Shown here in pieces: positions 1 to 10,349 of a stretch of 64,000 bases of DNA. The number at the start of each line of letters is the position of its first letter. Within the stretch, counting starts at the first letter, position 1. The stretch lies in IMG/VR virus record IMGVR_UViG_3300042309_001504, positions 58,443-122,442 of that record. One strand, 5' to 3'. Both the position numbers and the translations under genes were made by a program. The notes under the pieces are model-generated. The model saw only the letters and a list, made by a program, of their open reading frames with translations. It was not told where the DNA came from and did no database searches. This DNA comes from a virus.

Positions 1-389
1 CTTTGTTTGGCATATTTTTTGATCTTATTAAGAGCATTTGCTTTATCATTATGCTTTATAGCCTGACTAGATTTTTCTATGTATCCATAGCCTTTATAAT
101 TATTGATATCATCGGCTATAGCTTCTTTAATATTTTCTTCTGACCAATTATATCTAGCTATTTCTCTATTAATAGATCTTTGTACATGAAAAGAAAACTG
201 TCCAAGTCTATATGCGATTATGGAACAATCTTCTGGTGTTAACTTTTCAAGCTCATCTCTAGACATATACAAATATTTATTTAATTCTGATTCATCAAAT
301 TGATTTGGTACATAGGTACCCAAACCTAATTGATTCTCATATTCGTCTAGAACTTTATCCCATTCACTAACTTGATCTTTGGTGTTCAT
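1..389 (-). CDS. Hypothetical helical protein (partial; possible recombination mediator downstream of recA)
   Basis: Not in the ORF track. ATG at 389 overlaps the TGA of the upstream ORF (ATGA). Reads MNTKDQVSEWDKVLDEYENQLGLG... and stays open to the window edge. Confidence 0.7.
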   Translation of the reverse strand, partial: MNTKDQVSEWDKVLDEYENQLGLGTYVPNQFDESELNKYLYMSRDELEKLTPEDCSIIAYRLGQFSFHVQRSINREIARYNWSEENIKEAIADDINNYKGYGYIEKSSQAIKHNDKANALNKIKKYAKQ

Positions 390-787
390 GTTTTAATAAT
401 TTCTTCCCAAGAGTCGATGTTATCATACGATAAAACTATATATTTAATATTATTATTTTCGCACCATTCTTTTTTATTCTCATCTCTTTTTTTATGTTTC
501 ATAAATCCTAATACGGAATTATGAAAAAATTTATTAAACTTAAAATGTTGTTCACCATGAACTTCTACGCAAGTTTTTGTAAGAGGTAAATAAAAATCCA
601 TATATAGAGTTTCTGCTTTTCTTAATGGTATGGCTACTTCTTCTAAAATTTGTAGTGTAGGAAAACATTTATGTAATAGATCTCTTGCTTTAAGATGTAA
701 TGATGATTTATTTTGCATAGAACCATGGGAAATATTACCGATCAATTGCCAATGAACAGTATTATTATCTAAATCTTTTACTTGCAT
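386..787 (-). CDS. PD-(D/E)XK / DUF559-like endonuclease
   Basis: LYMDFYLP...VEVHGEQHF...RDENKKEWC motif pattern. Confidence 0.7.
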   Translation of the reverse strand: MQVKDLDNNTVHWQLIGNISHGSMQNKSSLHLKARDLLHKCFPTLQILEEVAIPLRKAETLYMDFYLPLTKTCVEVHGEQHFKFNKFFHNSVLGFMKHKKRDENKKEWCENNNIKYIVLSYDNIDSWEEIIKT

Positions 788-1797
788 TTTAATCCCATAG
801 TAGTTTTTATCTCATTCCATAAATCTTCGTACACTTTATTGTTATCTACTAAAAATTGTCTAGTTTTTTCTAAACCTTGAAATTTTGGTTTGTCTGGAGC
901 ACTTGTAAGAGTATACCATGCTCCGCCCTTGGATACAAGTCCCATATCAACAGCAAGAGTCAGTAATTCCATATATTTATCTATTCCTTGTCCATATCTT
1001 AAATAAGATGTTATTTTTCCTCCGGGTGGACCTAATGCTGAACATAATACTTGCCATTCGATTTCTTGTCCAATTTGAGGAGAATCGTCGGATAGATTCC
1101 ATGCTTTGAAATAAGTTGCTTTTAATTTAATATCCGTTTGATATGCTATAGCCTGTCCACTTTTTTCTTTCCATTCTACATATCCATTACCGGGATTACC
1201 CATCAAATGAGTTATACCTATAACAATATTTCTGTTCACAGGAATAACATTCGCAACTTTCCTACAAAATTTAGCTAATAATTTTGCCCCATCTGCTCTT
1301 TGCATTTTATTCATATCGCTTGTTATTTCTGCTTCTGTACACAATGCAGAATATGAGTCAATAATTAAAAGAGATCCTGGAATCTCATTAATAATTCTTT
1401 CTGCAATTTGTAAGTATTCTTCAGCATGTAATATTTTACCTGTTTGAGATCCAATCACATGAAATTTATCTAGATTTAATCCTGGTATTCCTTCCAAATC
1501 TCGTTTTTTCAATCGACCTTCAATATTTAGGTAGTACACATCCCTGCCATCTTTAAAAGAGCCGTAAGCATATTCTGGTTTTTGAGCATTTGCACAGAAT
1601 GCTAAAGAAGTCGTGGTTTTTCCACACTTTGGTTGTCCGGTTAGAATTACGAATGATCCTTCCGGAATACCACCATTTAATACAACATCAAGAGATGGAC
1701 TAATTGGTATAGTAATTAGATCTTTATCAACAACAGCATTTCCTGTTAGAATAACCTCAGAACCGAATGTTTTAGAAACATCTTCTTTAAGTCCCAT
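778..1797 (-). CDS. recA: RecA/UvsX-like recombinase
   Basis: SLDVVLNGGIPEG, Walker A GQPKCGKTT, Walker B LLIIDS, C-terminal GGAWY and KFQG. Confidence 0.9.
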   Translation of the reverse strand: MGLKEDVSKTFGSEVILTGNAVVDKDLITIPISPSLDVVLNGGIPEGSFVILTGQPKCGKTTTSLAFCANAQKPEYAYGSFKDGRDVYYLNIEGRLKKRDLEGIPGLNLDKFHVIGSQTGKILHAEEYLQIAERIINEIPGSLLIIDSYSALCTEAEITSDMNKMQRADGAKLLAKFCRKVANVIPVNRNIVIGITHLMGNPGNGYVEWKEKSGQAIAYQTDIKLKATYFKAWNLSDDSPQIGQEIEWQVLCSALGPPGGKITSYLRYGQGIDKYMELLTLAVDMGLVSKGGAWYTLTSAPDKPKFQGLEKTRQFLVDNNKVYEDLWNEIKTTMGLKCK

Positions 1798-2206
1798 TAT
1801 CTAAGTCCCTTATTTTAGAAATAATATTTTTTGAAGTAGTAGATTGTCTAAAGTTAGTTTTTGGATTTCTGTCGATAGTTTTTGATAATTGAGTATTTTC
1901 TGATTCCAATTGCAACTTTTCGTATTCTATAATAGGCTTCAGATGGGGCGCTCTCAATGAGTATATATTTTTAGATTTTGGATTAGATAAAGCTCTTACA
2001 ACAGCTTTGTCTCCATATTGCTTAATCAACTTATTAGCCGATGCTATTTGATTTCTAAAAAATTTAGACCATTCATTATTCAGCCAAAATCTATAATGTA
2101 AATCCTTTTTTTCTATCAGAGCCTTTTTTTCACAGATTAACTCGGTAACATATTGAGCAGCAGAGACGGTTGTTTGAGAATACTTGGATGGATATTTATT
2201 TGCCAT
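1787..2206 (-). CDS. Hypothetical protein
   Basis: ORF; likely start MANKYPS at 2206, overlapping the upstream stop. Confidence 0.6.
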   Translation of the reverse strand: MANKYPSKYSQTTVSAAQYVTELICEKKALIEKKDLHYRFWLNNEWSKFFRNQIASANKLIKQYGDKAVVRALSNPKSKNIYSLRAPHLKPIIEYEKLQLESENTQLSKTIDRNPKTNFRQSTTSKNIISKIRDLDNGT

Positions 2207-2537
2207 TTGGTCTATGAATAGAATTTTTTGCTGTACGGGAAACTGTTGGTGGTAAATTTTTCTTAAACTCATCATTAACCTGAGACGCTTCTTTTGTCAT
2301 AATAGAAACAGACTTATTTCCTTTGACAGAAGTTTGTGATATCATCAAATCTTTAGATGTAACCTTTGAGCTTTTAACATTGATATCCTTACTAGTATCT
2401 ATTGATTGATTTTTTTCAACGAATCTTTTTACTGATTCAAAATCTAATTTAAGATCATGTGATATTTCTTGTTCTGTTTTATTTTTTTCTAGCATATGCA
2501 AAATAGCATACTGTTCGATCTTGGATAATTTTTTCAT
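2196..2537 (-). CDS. Hypothetical protein with HTH-like N-terminus
   Basis: KTEQEISHDLKLDFESVKRFV resembles a helix-turn-helix; coupled to neighbours. Confidence 0.5.
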   Translation of the reverse strand: MKKLSKIEQYAILHMLEKNKTEQEISHDLKLDFESVKRFVEKNQSIDTSKDINVKSSKVTSKDLMISQTSVKGNKSVSIMTKEASQVNDEFKKNLPPTVSRTAKNSIHRPNGK

Positions 2538-2917
2538 GTCATTTCCCTTTCTGCATTATTTAACCATGCAATATTTTTAGATCTTAAAAAGTTTATATAC
2601 ATATCAAATACCTTTTGGGGTACTTGCTTAAAATCGTATTCTTTTTTTCCTGTTTTTGTTAAAAATTTTGTGTGTCTTCCTTCGCTGTATGCTCCTATGG
2701 GATTATAAATTCTCCCATAAAGACCTATCTTAATAAAATATTTAGTAGTATTTCCTATAATCTTTTTAGCAAATACATCAGCTGTCTCTTTTTTTAGAAT
2801 AGGATTACCTTCGTTATCAATAAGTTTATGTTTACCAAATATGGTATAATAAACATGAGTATCTTCAGAAACTTCATCGTTAGATACTTCTTGTTTTGGT
2901 TGATGTAAAAAAGTCAT
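2534..2917 (-). CDS. Hypothetical protein
   Basis: 127-aa ORF, ATGA overlap with the downstream gene. Confidence 0.6.
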   Translation of the reverse strand: MTFLHQPKQEVSNDEVSEDTHVYYTIFGKHKLIDNEGNPILKKETADVFAKKIIGNTTKYFIKIGLYGRIYNPIGAYSEGRHTKFLTKTGKKEYDFKQVPQKVFDMYINFLRSKNIAWLNNAEREMT

Positions 2918-2918
2918 A

Positions 2919-3263
2919 TCATCTCCATTTTATTTTTTTAGGCTTGTTGATTCTCGACATTCCTTTAGGCAAAGGCTTTTGCGACTGCTCGTCCTTATAG
3001 TCATTATGTTTTTTACTTAGTTCATTTTTTTGATCGTCACTCATTCTATCTCTATTCCTATTTGCTAAATCTCCTATTGTTTTCAACTCTGAGTCGTGTT
3101 TAACAATAGATGAATTGATAGTAAGTAAATCATTTTCATAGTCTCTATCTGTCTTAGATTTATTACATGATGGACATTTTGGATGAGCATTATAGTCTTT
3201 TATATAAGAAAATAGCTCAAAAGAATGATTACAAGAATTACAAATATATGAATATGTTGGCAT
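2919..3263 (-). CDS. FmdB-family zinc-ribbon protein
   Basis: MPTYSYICNSCNHSFE...CPSC signature; start moved to 3263. Confidence 0.85.
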   Translation of the reverse strand: MPTYSYICNSCNHSFELFSYIKDYNAHPKCPSCNKSKTDRDYENDLLTINSSIVKHDSELKTIGDLANRNRDRMSDDQKNELSKKHNDYKDEQSQKPLPKGMSRINKPKKIKWR

Positions 3264-3267
3264 AAAT

Positions 3268-3828
3268 TTAAAAAATATAATTAATCCATTCCTCGGGCAG
3301 ATCATTCTTTATGATATCTAGTCTCCTAGTCACAGACAAGTATTTTTTGTGTTTAGATGGGCTTGTTGGAATATTCATTAATTTCATATTGGCTTGTTCT
3401 GGTGTTCTATTTCCTTTTCTTCTGTTACATTCTGTACAGGCCAAAACTATATTTGTCCATGTTGTAGGAGAATAATCATATGACCATTGAGATTTTGGTA
3501 TAATATGATCATATGTCATTTGATTTTTATCTGATTTTTGACCACAATATTGACATTTATAATTATCTCTTACAAATAAATTAGCACGAGAAAATTTAAC
3601 AATACAATTATGTAAATTTAAATAATGTTTTACTCTTATTACAGCAGGAATATAAACCTTATAGTCTATACCAATTAAATAATCATCTTTATAATAGTTA
3701 ACAATTTCTAGTGTTTGAGATAAATCATCTTTATATAGAAAACTAATAGCTTTTCTATAATCTATAATTGACAAAGGAGTATAATCCGCATTCAATACTA
3801 GACACTGTTTATGTTTGGTTTGACTCAT
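3268..3828 (-). CDS. HNH endonuclease
   Basis: LVLNADYTPL, RDNYKCQYCG, TYDHIIPKS, WTNIVLACTECNRRKG. Confidence 0.9.
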   Translation of the reverse strand: MSQTKHKQCLVLNADYTPLSIIDYRKAISFLYKDDLSQTLEIVNYYKDDYLIGIDYKVYIPAVIRVKHYLNLHNCIVKFSRANLFVRDNYKCQYCGQKSDKNQMTYDHIIPKSQWSYDYSPTTWTNIVLACTECNRRKGNRTPEQANMKLMNIPTSPSKHKKYLSVTRRLDIIKNDLPEEWINYIF

Positions 3829-4537
3829 AAGATTCTATTTTCGACATTATATCTGCAATTATAGGATTCCTAATAATATCGGAAGATTCTAAATAACTAA
3901 AACCTATATTATTTATATCTTGTAAAACCTGTGATATAATCTTATATCCACCTTGTAAATTTCTAGCCAAGTCAGATTGTCTAATATCTCCAGTGATGAC
4001 CATTTTACTGTTTTGTCCAATACGTGTCAACAACATTTTTAATTGATCATAGGTAGCATTTTGACACTCGTCCGCAACAATAAATGAATCATGAAAACTT
4101 CTACCGCGCATTAATCCTAATGGCACAATTTCTATTTGATTATTAAGCTTTAATTTATTGTAGTGTTGAATATGAATAAAATGATTTATTTCATCTAAAA
4201 TAGGTAATAAATAAGGATGAATTTTTTCTTCTGCTGTACCCGGTAAATAACCAATTTTTTCACCAGCTTCTATAACTGGTCTAGTAATAATAATTTTTTT
4301 AATTTTTTGATCAGACAAATATTCTAATGCCATACCAATAGCAATATGTGTTTTACCAGTACCAGCAACACCTTGACAAAATGTAATCACATTTTCTGCA
4401 ATAGTTCTTATATAATCCTTTTGATTACTTGTTTTAGGTTTTAAACGATTTTTAAAATTAAAAGTAGTGTCGGGAGTTAATGCAACATTAGTTAAATCAA
4501 TAGGTTTCTTATTCGATTTGTTATTTTTTTTTCTCAA
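3809..4537 (-). CDS. phoH: PhoH-family ATPase
   Basis: GVAGTGKT, ITRPVIEAGEKIGYLPG, MRGRSF, DECQN, GDIRQSD. Confidence 0.95.
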   Translation of the reverse strand: MRKKNNKSNKKPIDLTNVALTPDTTFNFKNRLKPKTSNQKDYIRTIAENVITFCQGVAGTGKTHIAIGMALEYLSDQKIKKIIITRPVIEAGEKIGYLPGTAEEKIHPYLLPILDEINHFIHIQHYNKLKLNNQIEIVPLGLMRGRSFHDSFIVADECQNATYDQLKMLLTRIGQNSKMVITGDIRQSDLARNLQGGYKIISQVLQDINNIGFSYLESSDIIRNPIIADIMSKIESYESNQT

Positions 4538-4561
4538 TGATATATCCCCATAAGGATGTGA

Positions 4562-6772
4562 TTAAATTAGACACGCGCCACCAGCACAACTAATTTCCTC
4601 AATCCCTACAGTATTGTCCTCTGTCTCCAACAACTGAGTATAGTCAACTTTCTTAAAACTATGAAATAAATCACAGTATACTTTCCAATTATAAACATCT
4701 TTCATGCAGTATGTTAGTCTTTTAACATCTCCATCAAAATATTTACCAGCAAAATTTTTCATTTTGGTGATAAACATAAGTTTGGATTCGTGATCATCTT
4801 TGTTAGCTTGATTTAAGGTAACATAATCACATGCGGCCCATAAGTTTTTATTAAATGTATTAAGAGCCAACTCTATAAGACCAGAACACCATAATGAAGC
4901 GTCTCCATATTCTTTTACTATTTCTCTGCTTGTATAAACAGTAGTAAATGGTGCTTGTGGATAGTCCTTATCTCCGCTTTGTGGAATTAGACTAATACCA
5001 GCAAAATATTTACGATTATTATAAATATATTCAGTAACCTCTTCCCATTCATCTGGTTTAACCGTTACAGTATTGCTAACATTATGACACAAATAGTCTT
5101 GCGTACATAAAGACCTGTTTTTACCAGAATGTACCCAATTTTTTTGAGTATCTTTTACTATTGATAACATTTCCACAGCCGGTAATTGATTTTTTAATTT
5201 TGCACCATCTGGAACTTCTATTGGAAATTTGACCACTTCGTCTGTATTGTTTGCTGACCAAACCGAACGCTCACAGGCTTGAGGGTTATAAGACTTAAAG
5301 TGTTGGTATGGTGCCTCTAAAACATTAGCCTGTACATGTCTTATATAGCGTTTAGCATGATGTGGATGTATGCCAGATGATGTACCAAGCATACTACTAC
5401 TGGTGCCTTCTGGTTTTAAGCAAGTTACTCTGGCGGCTTGATTAATACCAATTTTTTGAGATAATTCTTTATTGGTTTCTACAGCAATTTTGGCACCAGT
5501 TTTTAATACTTGCTCCGTTAATAATAAATCATGCTTTTCCATTATTCCTGTCATGGAAACGCCTAATAGGGCTTCTCTTTCAAAGATTTGCTCACTGTTT
5601 TCACCAAGATATTCTAATTTGGTAAAACCAGCCTGTAATGTTCCTATGATTGCAGCGGCTTTGCATCGTTCATAAAAATCATTCTCATCGGTAATAGATG
5701 AACAATTAATTGTTGATAGATTGCATCCTTGCCAGCCAGACTCACCAGTTATTTCATTAACAGGCCACAAAGAAATTTCTACACATGGATTAAAAACCAT
5801 TTCTGTAGAATCGCCCCAAATAAATCCTGGTTCGCCATATTCTTTAACCGATTGCATCAATTGAGAGAATTGTTCTAATGATGTTGAGTCTCTTAATAGT
5901 AGAGCAGAATTATTGCTTCGTGCTCTTTGTGGATTTTCAATATACCAATTACCTGTTTTGGCTTTTGTCATTTCATCATCATCTGGGCTAAATAATGCTA
6001 AACTAGCTGATCTTCTTACTCCACCACTTAGAACAGCATCGCTGCTGTGCATAACAATATCATAAGCATCAATTGGTTTTAATTTTTTTTGTCCATTAGC
6101 AACGCATCTATCTAATAGTGCTCTAACTTTTTCCAAGCCCTTTTGTAGTGGTTCAAATCCTGGAGCCTTACCAACTCCAGAACTTAATTCTGATCCTTTG
6201 GGTCTGATATTCGAATAATCAAAAATAATATATTCATCTTGATATTTTTTAAATCTTGATTCTGATGGTTTTGTAAAATACGAACTCAACAAAACACCAA
6301 GAGCATCAGCCCATCCCTCTATACTATCTTCTATTACATACTTGAGTCCTCTATTTGAATCTTTTTGTTTTTGCGATAGCGCTGGTAGTTTTGCAACATG
6401 ATGTTTTTGAACACTAAATCCTGTTCCGCTACCGCAAAGAAGCAACCAAAAACATTCTTGAAAGAATCTTAATCTGTCACAATAAGAAGCTGTACAATTG
6501 TATATTTTAGCATTACGTTTTAGAATTGGTTCGCCACCAAATTGTAAAGCCCTTTGTGATCCAAGAACCTTTTTCTTATACATTATATCATAAGCCCAAT
6601 CGATTTCTGCTTTGATATCTTTATCAGCATACTGTGTATGCATCATATTCTTAACTCTTTCAACCGCTTCTTTCCAAGTTTCTCTACGGTTTTCTTTTTC
6701 TAACCATCTAGCATATTTACTAACAAATGTATAAGATTGTAGTTCTTGTAGGGCTGACATTATTTTCTCCAT
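4562..6772 (-). CDS. nrdJ: Class II (adenosylcobalamin-dependent) ribonucleotide reductase
   Basis: YNC, GGVRRSA, NPCVEI, CNL, KPEGT, C-terminal SCAGGAC; no adjacent small subunit. Confidence 0.9.
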   Translation of the reverse strand: MEKIMSALQELQSYTFVSKYARWLEKENRRETWKEAVERVKNMMHTQYADKDIKAEIDWAYDIMYKKKVLGSQRALQFGGEPILKRNAKIYNCTASYCDRLRFFQECFWLLLCGSGTGFSVQKHHVAKLPALSQKQKDSNRGLKYVIEDSIEGWADALGVLLSSYFTKPSESRFKKYQDEYIIFDYSNIRPKGSELSSGVGKAPGFEPLQKGLEKVRALLDRCVANGQKKLKPIDAYDIVMHSSDAVLSGGVRRSASLALFSPDDDEMTKAKTGNWYIENPQRARSNNSALLLRDSTSLEQFSQLMQSVKEYGEPGFIWGDSTEMVFNPCVEISLWPVNEITGESGWQGCNLSTINCSSITDENDFYERCKAAAIIGTLQAGFTKLEYLGENSEQIFEREALLGVSMTGIMEKHDLLLTEQVLKTGAKIAVETNKELSQKIGINQAARVTCLKPEGTSSSMLGTSSGIHPHHAKRYIRHVQANVLEAPYQHFKSYNPQACERSVWSANNTDEVVKFPIEVPDGAKLKNQLPAVEMLSIVKDTQKNWVHSGKNRSLCTQDYLCHNVSNTVTVKPDEWEEVTEYIYNNRKYFAGISLIPQSGDKDYPQAPFTTVYTSREIVKEYGDASLWCSGLIELALNTFNKNLWAACDYVTLNQANKDDHESKLMFITKMKNFAGKYFDGDVKRLTYCMKDVYNWKVYCDLFHSFKKVDYTQLLETEDNTVGIEEISCAGGACLI

Positions 6773-7248
6773 TAATTTTGAATATTTTCTATTACACTAT
6801 TTAGCCACTGTAAATTAGGTGTTACATAATATGTTTCCATTTTTGTGAGTTGAATAAATTTGTTAAATATTAGTTTCTGGGTTTCATCTATTAGATATGA
6901 TCCGTGTTTATTATGCATATAAACTGTCGATACTCCTTCTTGCCACAACGCCATTATACAATCATTACAACATTGACCAGTAACATATGCTATACCATTT
7001 TCTGGTCTAATTAAACAATTCGACAAAGCATTTCGTTCAGCATGAATCATCCACGGATATTTTTCTGGTCTTGTGTTTGGTAAAATACTATCGTCAATAC
7101 CTCTGGGAAATCCATTGTATCCTATACTAATAACTCTATTTTTTCTATCTGTTATTATGCATCCGTGCTGCGTTTGAGTATCGTGACTTTTTTTAGATAC
7201 AATGTGAGCTAGACCTATATAATAGGATATCCAATCGTCTGGTTTCAT
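6772..7248 (-). CDS. dCMP deaminase
   Basis: GYNGFPRG, IHAERNA, CCNDC; start moved to MKPDDW (AAGGAG RBS, upstream promoter). Confidence 0.9.
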   Translation of the reverse strand: MKPDDWISYYIGLAHIVSKKSHDTQTQHGCIITDRKNRVISIGYNGFPRGIDDSILPNTRPEKYPWMIHAERNALSNCLIRPENGIAYVTGQCCNDCIMALWQEGVSTVYMHNKHGSYLIDETQKLIFNKFIQLTKMETYYVTPNLQWLNSVIENIQN

Positions 7249-7279
7249 TCTGTAAATCAACTCCTTGTGCGTATAGACT

Positions 7280-7308
7280 ATATTACCACAATCGGTATTT
7301 ACTGTCAA
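7280..7308 (-). promoter_or_regulatory. Sigma70-type promoter for the dCMP deaminase-nrdJ operon
   Basis: TTGACA-GTAAATACCGATTGTGG(17)-TAATAT. Confidence 0.75.
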
Positions 7309-7317
7309 CACAACAAG

Positions 7318-7503
7318 TTATTCTTTACGAATTTTTGGTATACCGCCATTAGAAACATATATTCTGTATTGGTTAGACCCGTATCCTATTTTAAAGGCTG
7401 GGGTATTTTGAATATTAAAGTTTTGTGCCGATATAGTTTCATTCTCTAAATCTTGTAGTCTCTGTTCCCAAATTTCTTTGTTACTCATCATCTCTCCTTC
7501 CAT
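7318..7503 (-). CDS. Small hypothetical protein
   Basis: 61-aa ORF filling the gap between coupled genes. Confidence 0.45.
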   Translation of the reverse strand: MEGEMMSNKEIWEQRLQDLENETISAQNFNIQNTPAFKIGYGSNQYRIYVSNGGIPKIRKE

Positions 7504-8365
7504 AAAAATAGTTATAGATCTCTGTATGTAATTTAGGTTTATACGTTTGCCATTTATATATATTATTATTGTCTAATGTAATATCTGCTGTAGCATCAAA
7601 ATTATATTTTTTAGAAATTTCATTTCTTTGAACATATTTCCTATTAGAAAATGTACCATGATATAAATGTTCTAGTGTTCCATTTATATATCCAATATCT
7701 CCCTTTACAAGCTCATAATCTTTGTATCTTGTTAATAAAAAATCTTTGCATGTTGATTTATTCATAGTTTCTAATATTGGATGATACCAATGGCCCATCC
7801 ATGCTATTAATTGATAAAGATCGTTATTGCCAACAATGCATTTATCATATAATCCATTTGGTAAACAATCTCTTCTGAAGCCCCAACATAATCCGGGTTT
7901 GGGCCACAATCCTTTTCTAACTTCCATGTTATCAACATGATATTTTGCAAAACCTATTCCTAATCCATCCCTAGCATAAGTCGCTTCTTCGGGACGTACA
8001 TGGTCTGGTGTTTTTTCATAAATGTATTCAAATAGTTGACAAACAGGTTTAGAATCTAACATTTTTTCGGTTTCTTTATACCAATTTGAATTGTGAAATA
8101 TAATGTCAGCATCAAGCCAAGCAATTTTATCAACATTATTTGGTAAATTTTCTATAGCAATATTTAGTAATCTTTCTTTTTGCCATAAAACATTATTTTT
8201 ATTACCTCTAATATGTATAGCATCATCAATAAAAAAAGGTTGATTATCAAATGATAGTTCTACTGTAATTAATGGATATTGTAGATGCTTTCTAAATTGA
8301 GTATAGTTATCTCTAAATTTTTGATAACCTATTGGATTAAAATAGGAAGTTATACAATACAACAT
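7481..8365 (-). CDS. GT-A fold glycosyltransferase-like protein
   Basis: WQKERLLNIA, IAWLDADII (DxD), HLYHG. Confidence 0.7.
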   Translation of the reverse strand: MLYCITSYFNPIGYQKFRDNYTQFRKHLQYPLITVELSFDNQPFFIDDAIHIRGNKNNVLWQKERLLNIAIENLPNNVDKIAWLDADIIFHNSNWYKETEKMLDSKPVCQLFEYIYEKTPDHVRPEEATYARDGLGIGFAKYHVDNMEVRKGLWPKPGLCWGFRRDCLPNGLYDKCIVGNNDLYQLIAWMGHWYHPILETMNKSTCKDFLLTRYKDYELVKGDIGYINGTLEHLYHGTFSNRKYVQRNEISKKYNFDATADITLDNNNIYKWQTYKPKLHTEIYNYFYGRRDDE

Positions 8366-8613
8366 TATTTTTCTGTTAATTTGCTATAAACCAACATAGA
8401 AATTACACTACCAACAATACCCATAAAAATACCTGTTGGTGATATTGCAGAATATGATCCTAGCATATAGAGAATTGCTCCACCAACATAAGATCCGGCT
8501 ACCCCCAATGCTATGGTTTGAAAAAATCCCATATTTTGTTCACCGGGTATAACTGCTTTTGCTATACTTCCAACAAAAATACCATACACAGCCCATACTA
8601 ATAAACTAAACAT
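8365..8613 (-). CDS. GlsB/YeaQ/YmgE (transglycosylase-associated) membrane protein
   Basis: GIFVGSIAKAVIPG...TIALGVAGSYVGG, three TM helices. Confidence 0.85.
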   Translation of the reverse strand: MFSLLVWAVYGIFVGSIAKAVIPGEQNMGFFQTIALGVAGSYVGGAILYMLGSYSAISPTGIFMGIVGSVISMLVYSKLTEK

Positions 8614-9022
8614 TGGTTGCCTCCAGAAGTGTTAAAGATTCGCTATCGGTTAATGTTTTTCCAACTTCCATGATGGCATTTTTTAAACTAACTCCGTATT
8701 GTTGATATTGTTTTTTGCTTAGGTGTTGTCTCAATATTCTGTTAAGTCTATAATTATTTAACCAATTATCTTTAACAGTCAAATTAACAATTGTGTGTCT
8801 AAGATCAAGAGCTTCTGTCATCTTATCATTTTTTCTTCTTTTACTTCTACACTCTTGAATAACTCTTATAAGACTGAGGATAACACCTATTACAATAATA
8901 ATAGTTATAGGATCAAAACCATGATTTTCATTTTTGATATTGGCTTTATTTATTACCTTTTGGGCAATAAGTTCAAGATTAGGATCTACTTGCATATTAT
9001 ATCTCTCTATTAGGGTACACAA
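8606..9022 (-). CDS. Single-pass membrane protein
   Basis: FDPITIIIVIGVILSLIRVIQEC TM segment followed by a basic patch. Confidence 0.65.
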   Translation of the reverse strand: MCTLIERYNMQVDPNLELIAQKVINKANIKNENHGFDPITIIIVIGVILSLIRVIQECRSKRRKNDKMTEALDLRHTIVNLTVKDNWLNNYRLNRILRQHLSKKQYQQYGVSLKNAIMEVGKTLTDSESLTLLEATNV

Positions 9023-9240
9023 TAACCACAGTCAACCATTTTAATACCATCACCACTCAGATATTTACCACTTCCTTTACATACTGGGCATTCTTTTCTT
9101 TTATACTTTTTATTTGCTTCATTACCTATATTTTTTACAATAGAACCAGCAAGAATAACGGTTGCTGTTGAACCGCCATCATATTTACTAGATGAAAAAA
9201 TTATAGATGCTATTAGGATCGATAAAATTATCTTATTCAT
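9010..9240 (-). CDS. Small exported/membrane protein with CxxCxGxG Zn motif
   Basis: Hydrophobic N-terminus; CPVCKGSG...CGYC. Confidence 0.65.
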   Translation of the reverse strand: MNKIILSILIASIIFSSSKYDGGSTATVILAGSIVKNIGNEANKKYKRKECPVCKGSGKYLSGDGIKMVDCGYCVP

Positions 9241-9410
9241 TTTTTACCTCTTGGGAACCATCTTTTTCTTTTATTTGGTGGCAAAGGTATGATTGGTGGT
9301 GGATTATCTATATCAATATTTGATGGTTTAAAAAGTTTAACCATGGATAAGATAAAATTTAAAATAATAGAAATTAATCTATTCAGTGCTAATTTATCTA
9401 ATAGTCTCAT
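9237..9410 (-). CDS. Small membrane protein with Pro-rich/basic tail
   Basis: Not in the ORF track: 57 aa, MRLLDKLALNRLISIILNFILSMVKLF...PPPIIPLPPNKRKRWFPRGKK; AGGT RBS and ATGA coupling. Confidence 0.7.
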   Translation of the reverse strand: MRLLDKLALNRLISIILNFILSMVKLFKPSNIDIDNPPPIIPLPPNKRKRWFPRGKK

Positions 9411-9419
9411 TAGTATACC

Positions 9420-10349
9420 TCATTGATCTAGATAATCAAAACCATAATTTGGTAATTTTTGCAATGGAAATCCATCAAAATCACTGAAGGCATAAGCCCC
9501 ATTACCATCTAACATTCCTTGTGCAACATCTGATGTTATCAAAAATGATCCATCAGGAATTGGACCCCAATCCGGATGACCACCATCATTCCATTTACCC
9601 CAACTATTTTGTACTAAAAATAATGGTTCATTTCCTGTATCATCACACGCTATCCATGCCATAGCATGAGCCCATGATCCTTGGGGCTTTGCGATTCCTT
9701 TCTTATCTCGTTTGCTGCTAAATCCATAACTACTACAAACACTAATACCATAGCCATTCGCTAAAGCATCTCTTGCTTCGTCTATCGTTTGAATTAAACT
9801 AACTGTTTTTACTTGGTGATCATTTGCTAGATCTATCACTTTATCTGGTAGACTACGACCACCCCAACCGGCTCCTAATGATCCTTGATATTTACTAAGA
9901 TCAACAACTCCTGGATAATTTTTTCTAACTAAAATACCACCATATTGACTAACAAATTGTGCTGCTCTGGAGCAACTCATACCTTGTCCACCATGACCTC
10001 TTGCTCCGTATATCGCTTCAGTGGCCCCTCTTGCTATCCAGCTTTCCCTATGTTTTTTTAAATCAATTTCAACAGCACGACTAACATCAACCGCATTACG
10101 TGTAGAGTGGCTTACACAATCTCCAGTAGTTTGTCTTTCATTATATGGATTCTTATCAAACTTTAATACGCTTTTATATGGTGTAGATAATTTACCTTTA
10201 CCAGTACCACTTATTCTTTTTGCTCCATCACTAAAGTAAGCATATTTAGAATTCTCTAAAAGATTTTCAAATATGTGCTCTTCCCAAAGACATCCCTGAA
10301 AACCATCCTTATAAAGTTTTAATAATTGTTCAGGAGAATATTTTGCCAT
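9420..10349 (-). CDS. Papain-like (C1) cysteine peptidase
   Basis: QTTGDCVSH (Gln/Cys), WAHAMAW (His), VQNSWG (Asn). Confidence 0.85.
   Translation of the reverse strand: MAKYSPEQLLKLYKDGFQGCLWEEHIFENLLENSKYAYFSDGAKRISGTGKGKLSTPYKSVLKFDKNPYNERQTTGDCVSHSTRNAVDVSRAVEIDLKKHRESWIARGATEAIYGARGHGGQGMSCSRAAQFVSQYGGILVRKNYPGVVDLSKYQGSLGAGWGGRSLPDKVIDLANDHQVKTVSLIQTIDEARDALANGYGISVCSSYGFSSKRDKKGIAKPQGSWAHAMAWIACDDTGNEPLFLVQNSWGKWNDGGHPDWGPIPDGSFLITSDVAQGMLDGNGAYAFSDFDGFPLQKLPNYGFDYLDQ

Noticed and set aside
778-6772. Inteins or introns in recA, nrdJ or phoH
   Set aside because: Lengths are normal with no splice motifs; the HNH gene is free-standing
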